A stretch of DNA of 64,000 bases, taken from NCBI RefSeq assembly GCF_006345805.1, contig NC_043023.1:17670001-17734000 (forward strand), given 5' to 3'. Below are positions 59,934 through 64,000 of this stretch, in pieces. How positions within the stretch are numbered: the stretch's first letter is position 1; each line of letters begins with the position of its first letter. The position numbers were made by a program, and so were the translations under genes. This stretch comes from Octopus sinensis. Lineage: Eukaryota. A model generated the notes under the pieces. That model saw only the letters and a program-made list of their open reading frames with translations, searched no databases and had not been told where the DNA came from.

Positions 59934-60040
59934 ATTTCTTATACGATGCACCGTTTCATCTACTGTTTAATGGTAAACTAACCTGATTAAATTAAATCAA
60001 GCCAATCTTCCATAGGCCCTTAGATTCGTCAGTAAGAAAT
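59934..60040 (-). ncRNA. Type I hammerhead ribozyme, copy 1
   Basis: Minus strand: stem I AUUUCUUA, CUGACGA, stem II AUCUA/(58 nt)/UAGAU, GAAA, stem III CGGUGCAUCG, UA, then stem I' UAAGAAAU. Predicted cleavage after GUA, between 59942 and 59941. Confidence 0.88.
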
Positions 60041-60444
60041 AGCCAGATCGGAACAGATATTTTCACGAGGCACTTCTGTCCCTGCCTCGGCAATATCTGA
60101 CCTGAAATTTTCAAATCATCGCACTCGCGCCAAATTTATCGGCAGCAAATAAATATAAGCCGCCGATTCCATTACGGAATCAACCAGAAAATTCATAATT
60201 AATCAATATAGGGTGGCAAAAAAACTTTGTAGAATTTTTTTGTCACCAGCGGCCTAGTGGGAAAAAATTAAATAGTCATAGACCATTTATAAGTTCAACA
60301 TCACAATCAAGGAACGGCCATAATAGGCCATTCACCCACTAGAAATAACAGCCAAAGCTTCAACCGCAAAATAACATTAATTTTAATTCTGCAAACCAGG
60401 AGAAAATTTTAAAAAATAAAAAAAAACAAAACGTTTACCCTGTA

Positions 60445-60551
60445 ATTTCTTATACGATGCACCGTTTCATCCACTGTTTAATGGTAAACTAACCTGATTA
60501 AATTAAATCAAGCCAATCTTCCATAGGCCCTTAGATTCGTCAGTAAGAAAT
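60445..60551 (-). ncRNA. Type I hammerhead ribozyme, copy 2
   Basis: Identical core; stem II is AUCUA/UGGAU (U-G wobble keeps pairing). Predicted cleavage between 60453 and 60452. Confidence 0.88.
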
Positions 60552-60737
60552 AGTCAGATCGGAACAGATATTTTCACGAGGCACTTCTGTCCCTGCCTCG
60601 GCAATATCTGACCTAAAATTTTCAAATCATCGCACTCGCGCCAAATTTATCGGCGGCAAATAAATATAAGCCGCCGATTCCATTACGGAATCAACCAGAA
60701 AATTCATAATTAATCAATATAGGGTGGCAAAAAAAAA

Positions 60738-61148
60738 CATGGTTCAGGGTTCAGTCCCACTGCGTGGCATTTTGGGCAGGTGTCTTCTGCTATAGCCCCG
60801 GGCCGACTAATGCCTTGTGAGTGGATTTGGTAGACCGAAAATGAAAGAAGCCTGTCGTATATATGTATAATATATATATATATATATATAATATATATAT
60901 ATTATATATATATATATATATATATTATGTATGTTGTGTTGTGTGTCTGTGTTTGTCCCCCTAGCATTGCTTGACAACCGATGCTGGTGTGATTACGTCC
61001 CCGTCATCTAGCGGTTCGGCAAAAAGAGACCGATAGAATAAGTACTGGGCTTACAAAGAATAAGTCCCGGGGGTTGATTTGCTCGACTAAAGGCGGTGCT
61101 CCAGCATGGCCGCAGTCAAATGACTGAAACAAGTAAAAGAAAGAGAAA
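60738..61148 (+). mobile_element. SINE family C lacking its first ~45 bp
   Basis: Starts at CATGGTTCAGGGTTCAG directly after the tandem element; the remainder matches 21021-21395. Confidence 0.88.
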
Positions 61149-61214
<66 letters not shown>

Positions 61215-61956
61215 ATACATATATATATACATATATATAAAATATATAATATATATATATATATATATAGATATATATATATATATATTATATATATATA
61301 TGTATGTATGTATGTATGTATATGCATATATACATATATATATATATATTGGACAGATTTCCATGCAGTTTCCATGCATAAATATGTATGTATGAATGTA
61401 TGTATGTATGTATGTATGTATGTATGTATGTATGTATGCATGTATGTATGCATGCATGTATGTATGCATGCATGTGCGAACGTATGTATGCATATATGTA
61501 TATGCATGCGTGTATGTATGTATGCAAGCATGCATGTATATATATATATATATGTGTATGTATATAGGTATATATGTGTGTATATGTATATATGTATAAA
61601 TGTATGTATGAATATACGCAAGCATGGATGAATATTTGCAAGTGCATTCATATCTGATTGCGTATATGTATTAAGGGTGTGTGTGTGTGTGTGTGTGTCT
61701 GTGTGTGTGTGTGTGCATGCGTTAGTGAGATATTTTGTGTGTATGCTTGTCATCTGATCGCAACCTGACACGTTGTTACTTTGTTTATGTCACTATAAAT
61801 AAACTTTTACCGTTACAGGTCGGAAGCATAAGAACAGATTACAAATAAATAAATAAATATATAGGTCCAGTTAAAGCGACGAAAATTTTTCAAGCCGGAG
61901 CCGTAGCATGGCCACAATCCAATGAACGAAAGAAATCCAAGGTTACTAAGGAGCTT

Positions 61957-62623
61957 CTAGAAGCCTGAAGCTTGCCTATGTAACCTTTCGAGGTCAAACT
62001 TAATGGTCACAGGCTTCTGATCACTGTAGTTGACGTAGTGAAATTGTGCACGCACAAATACATCTTTAACTATACATCTAAGAAATAGCCTGTCCATATA
62101 AGATCTAGAAGACCCATCGCTATTCATCCATGTCCACAGTGGAGCGTCTGGGTGTTCTAGTATATACAGATTTAACCAGCAAAAAACGCTTAAGCAGATC
62201 GAAGAGATACGTGTTTCTCCTCCTATCCTATTCGAGCAAACGCAATCCACTAAGGAGTGTGACGTTCCTAGAAAATTCTCTAGCCTAGAAAATTGTCTAA
62301 CTGTCCGGCCGTCGGAGTTCATAAACAGCCCCCAGCCTGAAAGACTTATCAATGATGAGGGTTACATCAAAGACGACCAGGCTACTCCCACCCCCGGATC
62401 AATAAAGATTACTCTTGTCGCTGAATCGAATTTTAGACCACCTATCCTCACATTTCTCGTAGCAATTTAGGAGAGGAGAAATGCTTGTCAGTCCACTCAG
62501 CCAGGTTTCTCTAACTACTACAACATCCAAATTAAGCGACACGAGGTCATTGAGGAAAAGCCCTTATTTCCAATTCGATGATAGAATGCAAATATTGAAA
62601 GACTCAACGTTGAGAGTAAACAT
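61957..62623 (-). pseudogene. Tx1/L1-like endonuclease fragment (duplicate of 2387-3053)
   Basis: Near-identical ORF-track translation. Confidence 0.8.
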
Positions 62624-62751
62624 GAAAAAAATAATTTGGTCAACCTTAGGTTGGAGATGGGCGTTCACTCCTCCCCTTCCATTTATTTCGGAGCTTGTGA
62701 AGTCTCTGGGTGTGTGTTTGTGTGTGTGTGAGTGTGTGTGTGTGTGTGGTG

Positions 62752-62786
<35 letters not shown>

Positions 62787-63620
62787 ACACGTTCATGTGT
62801 GTTCTTATCCTACGATTGCAGCCTGACACGGTGTTGCTTTGTTTATGTCTCTATAAAGCAACGTTGAGCGATCCAGGACGAAAGAAAAAGGAAAAATTAG
62901 AAATTAATAAATAAACATGTCCAGTTAATCCGTCAGAAACTCTTGAAGGCGGTGCTCCAGCATGGCCACTATCCAATGAATGAAAAAAATCGAAGGGACT
63001 GAGCAAACTGCTAAAACCTTTGATTTAAGGATGTTCTATAGAGCTTATTACTGAATAACTCCAACCTCCCATGCTTCACTCTCTCCTTCCCTCTCCCTCT
63101 CTCACAAACACACACACCCACACCCACCCACACACACACATACACACACACACACACACATACAAACCCATACACAAATAGACACAGGGAAAGAAGCACA
63201 GGCACACAGAATAAAAGCACACGCGCAGAAATATACGCTAACGTTAATACGCATATTTTACGTCAAGGGAGGCTACTCTCTATTATATGACCTGTAATTG
63301 TGAATTATCTCCCTTAACACTATTTTATAATTCTTTTTAGATGCGCTGAATATAACCTACATTTTACGGACTATCGATTGTATTTCTTAAACATTTGAAG
63401 GCTGTCATGCTGGAGCACTGCATTGAAGTGTTTAGTCAACCACACAGCGTGTTGTGCTTCTCTTCATTCAGATTGCTGCTTATTTGTTTGTTCTGTCTTC
63501 ATATAACAGCTACGTTACATGGATGTAAACAAAAACAGTTGATGTCAAGTGGTGAATATTGGACAAACAGAAGCATATATGGCTATATATGTATAAGTGT
63601 GTGTGTGTGTATATATATAT

Positions 63621-63927
63621 GACGTGATCACGTGACCGACAAGGCTATCAGATGTTGCTTCACATCGCTGGTCACAATGCACTTCGCATTGTTTTAGCCT
63701 TCAAATGACGCCACCCCGATGGCTAAGCAAGCAGGCCAACAGACGAAAGAGTGGGAGAAAGTTGTGGCGAAAGAGTACAGCAGGGATCCCCACCAGCCCC
63801 TGTCGGAGCCTAGTGGAGCTATAGGTGATTTCGAACACCATACACTCACAACGCTCGGTCTGGGAATCGAAAACGCGATACTACGACCGCGTGTCCGCTG
63901 CCCGAACCACTCGGCCATTGCGCCTCC
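63621..63927 (-). mobile_element. SINE family D (duplicate of 4078-4386)
   Basis: Same sequence and flanks. Confidence 0.85.
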
Positions 63928-63952
63928 ATTTATATATGTATATTTATTCATT

Positions 63953-64000
<48 letters not shown>

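Larger units (their letters stand above)
59717..60737 (-). mobile_element. Tandem ~0.5-kb non-coding repeat carrying hammerhead ribozymes (retrozyme-like element)
   Basis: Units start with TCAATATAGGGTGGCAAAAAA at 59717, 60203 and 60714 (486 bp, 511 bp and a 24-bp partial unit). No ORF in the track, absent from paralogous sites, one hammerhead per unit. Confidence 0.85.

Noticed and set aside
59717-60737. CRISPR array or LTR pair
   Set aside because: The units are ~0.5 kb, directly abutting, with no spacers, no internal region and no TG..CA ends.

Overview
AT-rich, gene-free eukaryotic repeat landscape. Dense (TA)n/(TG)n/(ATAC)n/(GATA)n microsatellites and tRNA-derived CORE-type SINEs point to an animal, most likely an octopus (inferred from repeat style only). 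No host protein-coding gene is supported, and most ORF-track entries are microsatellite translations. The window is a patchwork of about a dozen old TE-fragment modules (Tx1/L1-like endonuclease 5' end, CR1-like RT, RTE RT, Penelope-like RT, three SINE families and an unclassified repeat) that were re-duplicated locally in direct and inverted orientation with shared junctions. Three insertions occur in only one paralogous copy, each at a (TA)n tract: a full-length decayed mariner (14943-16203), a 5'-truncated CR1-like LINE (47630-49307) and a tandem dimer of a ~0.5-kb unit (59717-60737). Each unit of the dimer carries a complete minus-strand type I hammerhead ribozyme fold plus further hairpins, so it is a candidate retrozyme/circular-RNA retroelement and the most interesting feature here. 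Most TE boundaries were read by eye and are approximate; the hammerhead and mariner termini were mapped base by base.
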